The notes beneath the pieces are model-generated. The model saw only the letters and a program-made list of their open reading frames with translations, was not told where the DNA came from and did not search any database. Below are positions 1 through 11,140 of a stretch of DNA of 54,067 nucleotides, in pieces. The stretch spans positions 1 to 54,067 of the forward strand of contig NW_021835554.1 of NCBI RefSeq assembly GCF_006345805.1, read 5' to 3'. Both the position numbers and the translations under genes were made by a program. How positions within the stretch are numbered: position 1 is the first letter of the stretch; every line of letters starts with the position of its first letter. This DNA is from Octopus sinensis. Its lineage: Eukaryota.

Positions 1-465
1 TTGTGAAAATGTACATTACATATAGTATGTATGTTATATATATATATAACATATATATAATATATATATATATTATATATATATATATATATTCTATAAC
101 TTGTGATCTTCCCGCGAAAACAGAGACTCAATACATATAAGATTATAGTGTCTCTGTGGTGGATGTGTGAGTATGTGTTAGGCAGTGTCCTTGTATATGT
201 ATATGTGAGTGCGGGGCGTGCGCGTGCGTGTGTACGTATATTAACGCGTGCTTTCATATCCACATACACATGCAAATACATTAATATCTCCCGGTACAAA
301 TGACCTGCGTTGTTGAGACTAAACCAGCGTAGCTCGATGACCTTTGACCGAGATATTGCTGTTGGGTGTGGACGCTTTGCGTTTGATATTGGCGTTATAC
401 ACACACAACCATACATATTATATATACGTATATGTACATTTATATCTGCCTGTCAATGTGTGAGC

Positions 466-511
<46 letters not shown>

Positions 512-1273
512 TATATATGTGTGTGTGTGTGTCTGTGTGTGTGTATGTATGTATACGTATAATATACATATAAAAATATATAATATATATACATAAATAT
601 ATACAAATACACAGACATATATATATATAAATGTATTTATATATATATGTGTGTATGTATGTATTATAAATATATGTTTGTTTGCATATATAGTGAGAGT
701 GGCTATATATGTGCGTGTTAGTATGAGTGTGTATTTATGTATACGTGTGTGTTTGTGCTTGTGTGGGAGTGTGTGTCTTTTCGTGTGTCGTTATGCATGT
801 GTGTATGTCTATGTTTGATTGTGTATCTGCGTGCGCGTGTGCGTCTGTATGTGTTTCTACGTCTGTGACGGTGTATTCATGTGGAGACTTTAGACAGAAT
901 TGGACAATGAATAAGGAAAAGTGAAGAACGAAGAAATCTTGGAGGAAGGCAAAAATCAATCAAAACTGGAGGAATAGAGTGGTTAGCGCCAGGTCAGCTC
1001 AGAGGGAGCCAATATATATAATCAAAGGTATTCCAGTCGTGATCATCCTGTCTTTTTTCCAGACATAATATTTCTGGATTTACATTATCCTATAAGTATT
1101 TCCCGTATGGTTTCTTTAGATTTTTAAGATGTTTGCGTGTGTATTAATACGTGAGTTCACTTTGCTGTAGGGAACAATGAGGGAGTTCTTTGCTTTTATT
1201 TTTCTTGTTACTTAAACATCGATCTGCTCACATTGGGCAGACTTATCTTCAAATATATTCCATCGGTCATCAT

Positions 1274-1810
1274 AGGTGCAAGCATGGTTGTATGGTAAGA
1301 AGCTTGCTTCCCGACCACGTGGTTCCGGCTCCAGTGCCGAGCCCCCCGTCCTGCTGTGTGGCACCTTGAGCAAGTGTCTTATACTATAGCCTCGGGCTGA
1401 CATAAAGCCTTGTAAATTGGTTTGGCAGACGGAAGCCGAAAGAAGCCCGTCCTATATACATATATCTGTATGTCTGTCAGTATGCATGTATGTATATATG
1501 CGTCTATGTATGCATGTAAGTATGAATGTATGTATGTATGTACGTAATGTATGTATCTATCTATCTGCGCGTGTGTATGTGTGTATGCGTGCGTCTTTGT
1601 GTTTGTCTTCCACCACTGCATGACAACCGGTGTTGCTGTGTTTACTTCCCCATAGCGTAGCGGTTAGTTATAAAAGTTCCGATAGAATAAGTATCAGGCT
1701 TAACAGGGGGAAATAAATACGAGGGTCGATTTATTCGACTAAAAATTCCTTAAGGTGGTATCCCAGCATGGCCGCTGTCTAATGACAATAGCAAGAAAGA
1801 GATAAAGAAT
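1274..1810 (+). mobile_element. SINE family B, full length, diverged; tRNA-like head, CORE-like centre, internal microsatellite
   Basis: Head GGTGCAAGCATGGTTGTATGGTAAG...GGTTCCGGCTCCAG; centre GGCACCTTGAGCAAGTGTCTT; internal TA/TG tract ~1453-1600; 3' end CCAGCATGGCCGC...AAGA-rich tail; matches many other copies in the window. Confidence 0.9.
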
Positions 1811-2040
1811 AAAATATTATTCTTCATTTGCACGCTCCATATTGGACACAACCAGTTTAAAGGCAAGCATTATGATTTCAATTATTACACGTATTATAAT
1901 TCCTATGAGTTGTTCTCTCAGGATTACTAGCTAATTTTGCCATTATTCAAATCTATGTTTGTTGCTATATTCCGAATGTTTGTTTCCGCTAAAGATGCTT
2001 CTATTAGGAGTTATGGTTTGGGTAATAAGTGAGTAATTTT

Positions 2041-2240
2041 CTTTTATCTTTTATCTTTTACTTATTTCTATCATTAGATTGCGCCAATTGTGGGAGCTTA
2101 TTTTTGTTTGTTCTAAACCTTGCACTTAATCTATCGGTCTTTTTTGCCGTCCCGCCAGGCTGCGGAAAAGTAAACACACACCACCGGTCCTCAAGCGATG
2201 ATGGGGACAAAACAAACCCAAAGAAACGCAAACACACACA
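2041..2240 (-). mobile_element. SINE B, old 3' half
   Basis: Degenerate match to B 3' half (CTATCGGTCTTTTTTGCCG...GTAAACACAC...CAAGCGATG...GGGGACAAA). Confidence 0.6.
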
Positions 2241-2276
2241 CGCACACACACAAACAAACAAATATATCTACCTATT

Positions 2277-2310
<34 letters not shown>

Positions 2311-2328
2311 TGTATGTATGTATGTATG

Positions 2329-2391
<63 letters not shown>

Positions 2392-2394
<3 letters not shown>

Positions 2395-2793
2395 CTTTAC
2401 TCTTTTACTTGTTTTAGCCATTTGACTGTGGTCATGCTGGAGCACCGCCTTTAGTCGATCAAATCGACCCCACGACTTATTATTTGTAGGCCTAGTACTT
2501 ATACTATCGGTCTCTTTAGCCAAACCGCTATGTTACGGGGACGTAAACACACCAGCATCGGTTGTCAAGCGATATTGGGGGGACAAACACAGACGCACAA
2601 ACATATACACACACATACACACAGATATGTACATATTTACGATGGGCTTCTTTCGGCTTCCGTCTATCAAATCCACTCACAAGGCTTTGGTCGGCCCAAA
2701 GCTATAGTAGAAGACACTTGCCTAAGATGCCACGCAGTGTCCCTGAACCCGGAACCATGTGGTTGGTAAGCAAGCTACTTACCACACAACCAC
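2392..2793 (-). mobile_element. SINE B, near full length
   Basis: TACTCTTT tail, CATGCTGGAGCACCGCCTTTAGTCGA, GAAGACACTTGCC, GAACCCGGAACCATGTGG (B box on minus strand), CTTACCACACAACCAC (A box). Confidence 0.95.
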
Positions 2794-2814
2794 AATGGGC
2801 TTATTTTCGTTTAC

Positions 2815-2954
2815 GCCTACCAAACTCAATCACGATGCTTTCGTTGACCCAGGGATATAGTAGAACACACCATCCTGAGGTGCTACGCAGTGGGATTGAT
2901 CCTAGAACCATGTGGTTGGCAAGCAAACACCTTAGCACACAGCTACGCATGCGC
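2815..2954 (-). mobile_element. SINE B head fragment, older, tandem to the previous copy
   Basis: TATAGTAGAACACAC...GCAGTGGGATTGATCCTAGAACCATGTGGTTGG...CACACAGC. Confidence 0.75.
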
Positions 2955-3499
2955 TATTATGAATCTGTACATCTTATATATGTAATTGTGTATGTGAAGC
3001 GGTGTATCTTAATTAATGTGTCGGGTGAATGAGTAAATGTTAATGAGTAATTTAGAGCTGGCATTGGTGGTGGTGGTGGTGGTGGCGGTGGCAGCGGCGT
3101 AGGCGTTGGCGGTTGTGGTGGTGGTGGTGGTTGTGGTGGTAGCGACATAGTAGTTGGGTGGTTTTGATATTTGCGCTACGGGTTTGAAGATGGTGGCGAT
3201 GGAGGGTAATTGTAATGATGCTGACAGTAGTGGTATCAAGGGACAAGAAACAAACAAAAAAAAATAACGAACCAAGCAACAAACCAAACCAGCTGACCAA
3301 CCAGCCAACCAACAAACCAACCAGACAACAGACCTACCGACAAACCATCCAACCAGCCAGCGAACAAACCAACGATCTAAGGGAAGTCCCTTGAAAATAA
3401 AAAGGAGATAAAAAAATATGTTCAGTTCTATGGAGATTCCAAATCTTTCTTTTGTGAAAATAATTACCAGCGAAGACAAGATGGGTTGCCATCTTTATT

Positions 3500-3917
3500 C
3501 TATTGATTTTGTTTTACTTTTCTTGTCTGATTCTTTATCTTCAGTCTCACCATTATTATTAGCTCAGTCACTACAGCCGCTACTACAATTACCATCACCA
3601 CCACTACCAGCACCACCACCACCGAAATCACGACGACCACCATCACCACCATTATCAACAACGACAACACCGCCGAAATGCAACTACTATCATCAAATAT
3701 TGTCAATACCCTCATCGTCCAAACTCCGGTTCAGCATCACTATCACCGTCGTCGTCGTCATTATTATCATCTTCATCATCATCATCATCATCATCATCAT
3801 AATCCTCATCATCATCATCATCATCATAATCCTCCTCCTCCTCCTCCTCATCATCATCATCATCATAATCCTCCTCATCCTCATCATCATCATCAGCATT
3901 ATCATCATCAACATCAT

Positions 3918-3971
<54 letters not shown>

Positions 3972-3975
3972 GAGC
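3500..3975. repeat. Compound CAC/CAT/CAG trinucleotide tract
   Basis: Directly visible; source of the poly-H/I/Q ORFs. Confidence 0.95.
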
Positions 3976-4073
3976 AGCAGCATCAGAAGCAACATCAGTA
4001 GCATTATATTACCAGTGTTCCCATCATCATATTGATTCAACTATATATATGTACATATGTGTGTGTGTGTGTG

Positions 4074-4117
<44 letters not shown>

Positions 4118-4128
4118 ATATATATATA

Positions 4129-4305
4129 CATTATTTAAAGTAGCAATAGTATCGCAGAAACTGTTACTCCGAGTTTCACGACGAACGGAAACGTGAAACT
4201 CTCAGTAACAGTTTTTGTCATGTTTTTGCAGCTATATTAATAAAGCATATTACTCTACCTCTGGTATTGTTTTCCACCTTGTTTCGCATTTATGCGCTTA
4301 CTCTG

Positions 4306-4310
<5 letters not shown>
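4129..4310 (+). mobile_element. Hairpin element P1 (Penelope-like terminal relic) within (TG)n/(TA)n
   Basis: Inverted arms 4157-4180 and 4192-4215 plus a unique extension ACTCTACCTCTGGTATT...TTCCACCTTGTTTCGCATTTATG; homologous copy at 52685-52885. Confidence 0.7.
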
Positions 4311-4360
<50 letters not shown>

Positions 4361-4505
4361 TTTATATATATATACATATATATGATATATATATTTATAC
4401 ATATATATATACACACACACACACATATTTATATATATATATATATATTATATATTCTTATATACATATATATAATATATATATAAACATATACATATAT
4501 ATACG

Positions 4506-4538
<33 letters not shown>

Positions 4539-4760
4539 CACACAGAGACAGACGGACAGACAAATATAGGCATACAAGTATATAGTTACAGGTATACGTC
4601 ATACACACACACACACACACACACGCACACACATACATATATATATGCATATATAAATATATATATAGATAGATAGACGGGCGCACACATGTAAAGATAT
4701 ATAGAACAGCAGCAAATCTCTATGTATGCATACACATACTCACACACAAACGCTCACGCG
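4310..4760. repeat. Compound (TA)n/(CA)n microsatellite
   Basis: Directly visible. Confidence 0.95.
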
Positions 4761-5588
4761 CGCACATTGACACACATGCATATATATACCTATACACACT
4801 CACGTAATCCTGCTTACCAAATACCTACAGTGATAACGATGGTCACGATGATGATGATGGTGATAACGATGATGATGAAAACAAAGACGGTGATGATGCT
4901 GATGATGCTGGTGGTGACGACGACGAAGAAGAATAAGCTGGTGACGCTGGCTTGCTGGTGGTGGTCACGGCGGTGTGAATGATGCTGATAGCATTTTGAT
5001 CGAAACACCTTGCCAAACCATAAGTGCCATCTTCACTGATGTCTTCCTTTAATTATTTGTCTCTTTTTTTTTTCATATTTCTCTGTTTTTCTTGTAAGTT
5101 ATTATTTTCCTTTGATTTATGTCTTACCCCCCTCCACCACCACCACTTTTTTTTTTTTTGAATACTTATGGTCGTGAGTTTAGTTGTCCTTCAGTTTACG
5201 ATTTGACCTTAAAGGCTAAACCGCAATTTAACGTACGAAGCTTATCAGATCTCATCAGACATCAACCAAAATATAGAAACATGCAATTGCCACACTTGAT
5301 GGTTTTTGGCGCCGTCTATCCACCGCCCCTCCCGCCCCCAATACCTTTTCTTTATACAACAGATCTTCTAACAGGAGCAACACCAACATCTCAAACAATA
5401 ACAACAACAACAAAAATAGAAATAACAGTGACAACAATGATAATAATACTACTAAAAATGGTCTGCAACGGTGGGTGCAGCGATTAAAATAACAAGGAGA
5501 GCGAAATCGTAACTACCAAAATGATTCCCTTGTCCGCTACTAAATTTGAAAAAATCGGAGCGGTTTTACCAATATAATTGTATGCATA

Positions 5589-5589
<1 letters not shown>

Positions 5590-5655
<66 letters not shown>

Positions 5656-5934
5656 CGATATATATTTATATAATATATATATATATATCGTATTAATTAT
5701 ATATATATGTACATTATATATACAATGTATATGTGTACAATATATATATATATATACATATGTGTATATATATATATAGGTGTATATATATATATATATA
5801 TATATATTGTACATCTATACAAGCGTGTGTATATGTGTATGTATATAAATATATATATAATATATATTTGTACATGTATACATCTATAAAGCGTGTGTAT
5901 GTGTGTATATGTATATATATATATAATATATATA

Positions 5935-5981
<47 letters not shown>

Positions 5982-6120
5982 CATATATAAACATGCATAC
6001 ATATATATATATATATATATATATGAGCAGGTATGAATGTATGTGTGTATGTTTGTATGAATTTATCAATGAATACTGCATTGCTGATATATATATGTTT
6101 GTATGTATGTATGTATGTAA
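5590..6120. repeat. Degenerate (TA)n tract
   Basis: Directly visible; source of poly-YI ORFs. Confidence 0.95.
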
Positions 6121-6394
6121 CGAAGTGTGTGATTGGAAGTTCCGAGCAAGGAAAATATGAAAAGTGGGAAAAACCCAAATGTAAATGTTATTATGGAACC
6201 TAGACATCGAAGCAACAATAAAAGTACAACAAGAAAATAATTGAAAAAGATTCGATCGCATATGGGCAAAAGAATTTATTAAAATACATCGCAATTACAA
6301 GCAAGCTTCTCGTGTTAGCTTAACTGGAGTAGAAGAATGAAGAGAAAATGGCGGCTATGATGAGATGGACAGAATTAACTTCATTGTAGAATAT

Positions 6395-6432
<38 letters not shown>

Positions 6433-6492
6433 ACGTATATAGACATGCATACGTACCTATATCTATATCTGTATCTCTATATATATACATAT

Positions 6493-6710
6493 ACTCTTAT
6501 ACTTGTTTCAGTCATTTAGACTGCGGCCATGCTGGAGCACCACCTTTAGTCGAACAAATCGACCCAAGAACTTATTTTTTGTAAGCCTGGTACACATTCT
6601 ATCTGTTCTCTTTTGCCGAACCCCTAGGTTACGCGGACGTAAACACACCAACGTCGGTTGACAAGCGATGTTGGAGGGAAAAAACACAGACACACAAACA
6701 TACACACACA
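6493..6710 (-). mobile_element. SINE B 3' half, ending at its internal microsatellite
   Basis: ACTTGTTTCAGTCATTTAGACTGCGGCCATGCTGGAGCACC...GTAAACACACCAAC...CAAGCGATGTTGG. Confidence 0.9.
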
Positions 6711-6772
6711 CATATATGTGTATGTATATATATATATATGTAAAATAATATGTGACAATTATTCGGTAGCCA

Positions 6773-6835
6773 AGATAAAACTCTGAGTTTCAGATGCCGA
6801 GGCGTAAATCCACACCACCATCTCTTCGGTTATCT
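6773..6835 (-). ncRNA. Minimal type I hammerhead-like motif in TA-flanked repeat P2 (~6741-6920)
   Basis: Minus strand: AGATAA-CCGAAGA-GATG(..)CATC-T-GAAAC-TCAGA-GTT-TTATCT; 6-bp stem I; self-complementary CTCAGAG stem III; U4>C and one extra U in the core. Confidence 0.5.
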
Positions 6836-6927
6836 GGCCATCTGAAAATATTTACAGATAAAATATTTACATAATATTGGGGTCTCTTTCTTTCATTTGT
6901 TATCTTACCATTTTAACAATAATACAC

Positions 6928-6984
<57 letters not shown>

Positions 6985-7356
6985 GTGTGTGTGTGTATAT
7001 ATATATAGAAAAATTCTTAGTTACTAGTGGTCTTGCGAGAAAGAAAAAAGTAGTCAATAGACTATATATTATTCAAAGAAGAATACAGTGTACGTTCAAA
7101 CACAAAAGAGATACCCGAAGAATAGGATATCTGACTCGCTAGAAAGAGCAGTTAAAAACTCTAAACCACCATTTGTTGTAATTCCGAAAGTGATTGGAAA
7201 ATAAAAACTTTTACCTTAATCCTTAGACTCTGCAAGTTTTCTGCAGACTTAAATACAGACTGAAATAAAATAACTTCAGTCTATATCTGGCGCTGCTTCT
7301 TCAGTAGGTTACCAGGACTGAACACATAGGCACGGAGTGATAAATAACCCGCCACG

Positions 7357-7542
7357 TGTCTATAGGTTCTAATTTTTCGAATCTACAGCGCAGAAGCAAA
7401 CTCAGCACTAAAATAATAAATTGCCGATTTTCTTCCAGAATTAGCCAAAAGACATTTTATCATTAATTAAAATCTTAGGGTAGCAAGAGTACTGAGTTCC
7501 GCTTCTGCGCGGTAGATTCGAAAAAATTAGAACCTATAGACA
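7357..7542. mobile_element. MITE-like element with ~53-bp terminal inverted repeats
   Basis: 7357-7409 TGTCTATAGGTTCTAATTTTTCGAATCTACAGCGCAGAAGCAAACTCAGCACT is the near reverse complement of 7488-7542. Confidence 0.75.
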
Positions 7543-7694
7543 TCAGCCAACTACTAAAGTCATTTAATATATTCGAGATGAAAAAGGCGGAGATCTGGCA
7601 GAAACGTTAGCAAAAACAAGCAACAAGTAACTCATGACTCTTATTTCTAACGGCCAAACTTCGAAATTTTCTTGGTAATATATTCACCAGTAAA

Positions 7695-7910
7695 GGGCGG
7701 TGAGCTGGCAGAAACGTTAGCACACCGGACGATATGCTTAGCAGTATTTCGTCTGCCGTTACGTTCTGAGTTCAAATTCCACCGAGGTCGACTTTGCCTT
7801 TCATCCTTTCGAGGTCGAAAAATTAAGAACCAGTTCCGTACTTGGGTCGATCTAATCGACTGGCCTCCTCTCCCAAAATTTCGGGCTGTGTGCCTAGAGT
7901 AGAAGAGAAT
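7695..7910 (+). mobile_element. SINE family A, A2 tail variant
   Basis: A box GGTGAGCTGGCAGAA, B box GAGTTCAAATTCC, body GGTCGACTTTGCCTTTCATCC; tail TCCCAAAATTTCGGGCTGTGTGCC differs from the A1 tail; an isolated head fragment lies at 7585-7613. Confidence 0.95.
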
Positions 7911-7919
7911 GTATAAGAC

Positions 7920-8227
7920 TTGATAGTACACTCCTGGGTCGATGACATCCTTCTTCATGTCTCTTACTCAATCAACCTCGCACCATCTGACTTCCACCTC
8001 TTTCCAACCATGAACTGTTTTTTGAAGTGGAAACACTTTTCGGATGATGATGAATTAATTTCCGAAGTAAAGTTTTTGCTCCGGACGCAACCTTCTGACT
8101 GCGATGGAAGGCGTGTATCACCATTGCCAGTGGCTATGTAGAGAAAGAATTATAATTAAGCCAGGTTTCGTTTATCGCAGACCTTGGTAAATGGGTCAGG
8201 GGAAATCTTTCATGAACACATCGCGTA
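7920..8227 (+). pseudogene. Mariner (Tc1/mariner) transposase C-terminal relic with probable 3' TIR ending in TA
   Basis: ORF 7920-8141 contains YSINLAPSDFHLFPTMNCFLKWKHFSDDDELISEVK, matching the mariner YSPDLAPSD(Y/F)HLF...G..F...EE motif; later TATGTAGAGAAA (YVEK); GGAAATCTTTCATGAACACATCGCGTA resembles a mariner end. Confidence 0.85.
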
Positions 8228-8291
8228 CGTGTGTGTGTATAAATATATATGTGTGTGTGTGTAGGTGTATGTATATATATATATATATATA

Positions 8292-8543
8292 CATATTCTG
8301 TTGTGTCTGGGAAGAGTTATCTTCTTTTTGTACTTTATAATTTAACACAGTTACCGTTAAAATTCCCACTTATTCCTTATTTTTATTTTCCTAAAATTTT
8401 CGTTGCGTCTTGGCAAAGTTTGCCAGACGCAGCAAAAATTTTGGGAAAATAAAAATAAAGAATAAGTGAAAATTTTACCCCTGAGTGAGTTAAATTTTAA
8501 GGGACAAAAAGAAAACGACTCTTCCCCGACACAACATAATATG
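8292..8543. mobile_element. Palindromic foldback element P4 (~125-bp arms, almost no loop)
   Basis: CATATTCTGTTGTGTCTGGGAAGAGT...CGTTGCGTCTTGGCAAA mirrored by TTTGCCAGACGCAGC...ACTCTTCCCCGACACAACATAATATG; single-arm homolog at 35441-35568. Confidence 0.85.
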
Positions 8544-8657
8544 CTTCAACACACGAACTCACATAAAGAATCTTGCAAACCAAATCCAATACATACATAC
8601 ATACATACATACATACATACATACATACATACATACATACATACGTATGTACATGCA

Positions 8658-8717
<60 letters not shown>

Positions 8718-8719
<2 letters not shown>

Positions 8720-9058
8720 TATAATATTAATTAGAGACAAAACCACTATTTTGCAAAACAAACAAGGAAAGACTTAATCAATACATAAAATTTTAATTAA
8801 AAAACCGCCACTACAATTGTTTCATGTCTTCTAATGAAAATCTTCAGGTGGATTTCCGATTTTCAAATCAGTTTCAATTTATGAAGTTTTTTTACTTTTT
8901 ATTAAAATTTTATGTATTGATTAAGTCTTTCCTTGTTTGTTTTGCAAAATAGTGGTTTTGTCTCTAATTAATATTATATAATATTTCACTATAAAATTGG
9001 ATTTAATCCTAAATCTGATTTTTTCCCTGTAAATTTGGATTTATTCCCTAATATTTAT

Positions 9059-9060
<2 letters not shown>
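8718..9060. mobile_element. Inverted-repeat element P3 (Penelope-like terminal relic) in (TA)n
   Basis: Perfect 80-bp inverted repeat 8718-8797 / 8901-8980 plus one-sided extension 8981-9060; homologous to 40944-41352. Confidence 0.85.
8808..8851 (-). ncRNA. Minimal hammerhead motif with degenerate stem II
   Basis: Minus strand: CCAC-CTGAAGA-TTTTC(ATTAGAA)GACAT-GAAAC-AATT-GTA-GTGG; palindromic CAATTG stem III. Confidence 0.55.
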
Positions 9061-9136
<76 letters not shown>

Positions 9137-9895
9137 GATATGGGGTTCCAGTCGATGTTACATGTATACCATTTTAGCGCAAGACCAACAATTCTGAGAG
9201 GGAGAGAGAAAGAGAGAGAAGGAGAGACAGAGAGGGAGATTGTAAGCCCCCGACATCGACCCCAGTAAGAAGTTCGCTGAACGACAAAGTACACTTCAGA
9301 CGTGAAAAAGTGAAAGGAATGCTTCAAGGCATTTTGTCTGGTCAAAGGTCAATCCAAAATATATATGGTTCTTTAGGTAAGCAAGTATTGTGTTATTGTT
9401 AAGATGTCGTATTCATTAGTTTACATGTCGCACACCGGAACAGTATTGCCCCTAGGTATGCAAATAAGCATCCAGGACCATTTCGAAGATAAGGCTGTTC
9501 AGCTACCGAAATATGTTTCAAAGTGCTGCGCTATAAATTTCTGTTCGATATTAGTTTTGGCAGATTCTTCATTTCATTCAGTGATTTTTCCATTGACATC
9601 CAATACAGTCATCTTAATTTTCTCTCAGAAGGTATAAGCCTCCGCAATATAACACCTGAATGGTCTTTAGTTCAAAACAACATCACTGGCCAGCAATCCC
9701 TATCCTGTATTCTAGAGAAGGGTGGTATGGCATCATTTCTGAAAGGGGCAAGTTTGAGGATGTGGCACTTCAATATCTAACACCGCAATTTTTTAGTTTG
9801 AAATTAAACGTACACTGGTGTGGAAACAATTGTAACTGATCGTTAAAGATGTGTAAAAGTATTTCTCTACCTTAATATTTGTATTATATATATAT

Positions 9896-10270
9896 AAGCA
9901 TGAATGTGTGGTAAATAGCTTGCTTCTCAACCACATGGTTCCGGGTTGAGTTCCACTTCCTGGCACCTATGGCTAGTGTCTTCTACGATAGTCTCGGGCG
10001 ACTAAAATCTTGGAGTGGATTTAAGAGTAGAAAACTGAAACAAGCCCGTCGTATATATATATCCATGTCTGTCTGTGCGTCTATGTGCCTGTGTTTGTCC
10101 CCTTGATAACCGGTGATTGTGTTTTCCTGTTCCCATAATTTAGCAATTCGGCAAGAGGAACCGATATGACAAGTACTAGGCAAGTACTTGTACAATGTAG
10201 CATGCTGTAGGACTGAACTTAGAACCATGTGGTTGGGAATAGGTTTCTTAGGCCAGAGCCACGCCTGTCT
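9896..10270. mobile_element. Old SINE B (+, 9896-10181) abutting a SINE B head on the minus strand (10182-10270)
   Basis: GTGTGGTAAATAGCTTGCTTCTCAACCACATGGTTCCGGGTTGAG...AAGTACTAGGC followed by GGACTGAACTTAGAACCATGTGGTTGGG. Confidence 0.8.
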
Positions 10271-10358
10271 AAATAAAATAAATGTAAAAAGAAACGTAGA
10301 TACGAACTATAAACAAAGGCAAGAATATAAAGAGAAAAACAAGTGACATAGATGAATT

Positions 10359-10369
<11 letters not shown>

Positions 10370-10452
<83 letters not shown>

Positions 10453-10819
10453 GCGATAGATAGATAGATGGAGAGCAATATGAAGGAGGAAAAGTGAGAG
10501 AGCATGAATGTAGTAGTAGTATTAGTAGTAGTAGTAGTATGTACCAGTTGCGATGGTAGTACGTACTCAGCCGAATGTAGGAGAAAATAGGAAGGTAGGA
10601 GATAGTTGGAAGTGGTAGTGTTTGCATTTGTGAGTGGTATTTAGGGTGGTAGGTGTGGGTGAGGTTCCTACGTGTGGGTGACGGTGTTGATGTGTTTTTA
10701 GACGGTAGTTGCTTGGTTGGTGGGCGGGGTGGATGGTTGCAGGTGTTACGTTCCTATGTTTGTGACCGTGGTGATGTTGGTGGTGGTGAATGGTTATAAT
10801 GATGACAACGACGATAATA

Positions 10820-10855
<36 letters not shown>

Positions 10856-11140
10856 TGGAGGATGAAGAGGAGGAGGATGGTGAAGATGAAGATAACAACG
10901 TCGACGAGCACGATGACGACGACGATGATGATAAGCAGAAATAGGAGGAGGATGACGACGATCTTAATGACGGTGACAACCATAATGATGATGAGGATGA
11001 TGATGACGACAACATAGACGATGATGACGATGGAGATGATAAAGATGATGACCATATTGACGATGACAATGACGACGACGATAACGATGATGATGATGGT
11101 GATGATGATGATGATTGAGATGACAACGATGATGATGTTA
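10370..11140. repeat. (AGAC)/(AGAT) tetranucleotide and GAT/GAC trinucleotide tracts
   Basis: Directly visible. Confidence 0.9.

Noticed and set aside
2562-3032. Recurring 'proteins' such as RLPNPLTRLWSARGYSRRHLPK (also 16805, 38390) and RSEFKFRRGRLCLSSFRGR (7672, 15730, 42170)
   Set aside because: These are chance frames through SINE B and SINE A, not a gene family
8870-8900. Apparent flip-flop of the TTATGAAGT 'loop' between the two P3 copies (parvovirus-like)
   Set aside because: It is explained by different fold-back junctions: the sequence is simply the upstream part of whichever arm is longer
9400-9790. Decayed coding sequence or exon in the unique region
   Set aside because: The best minus-strand frame has many stops, the short plus-strand ORFs show no recognisable motif, and splice signals are unpaired
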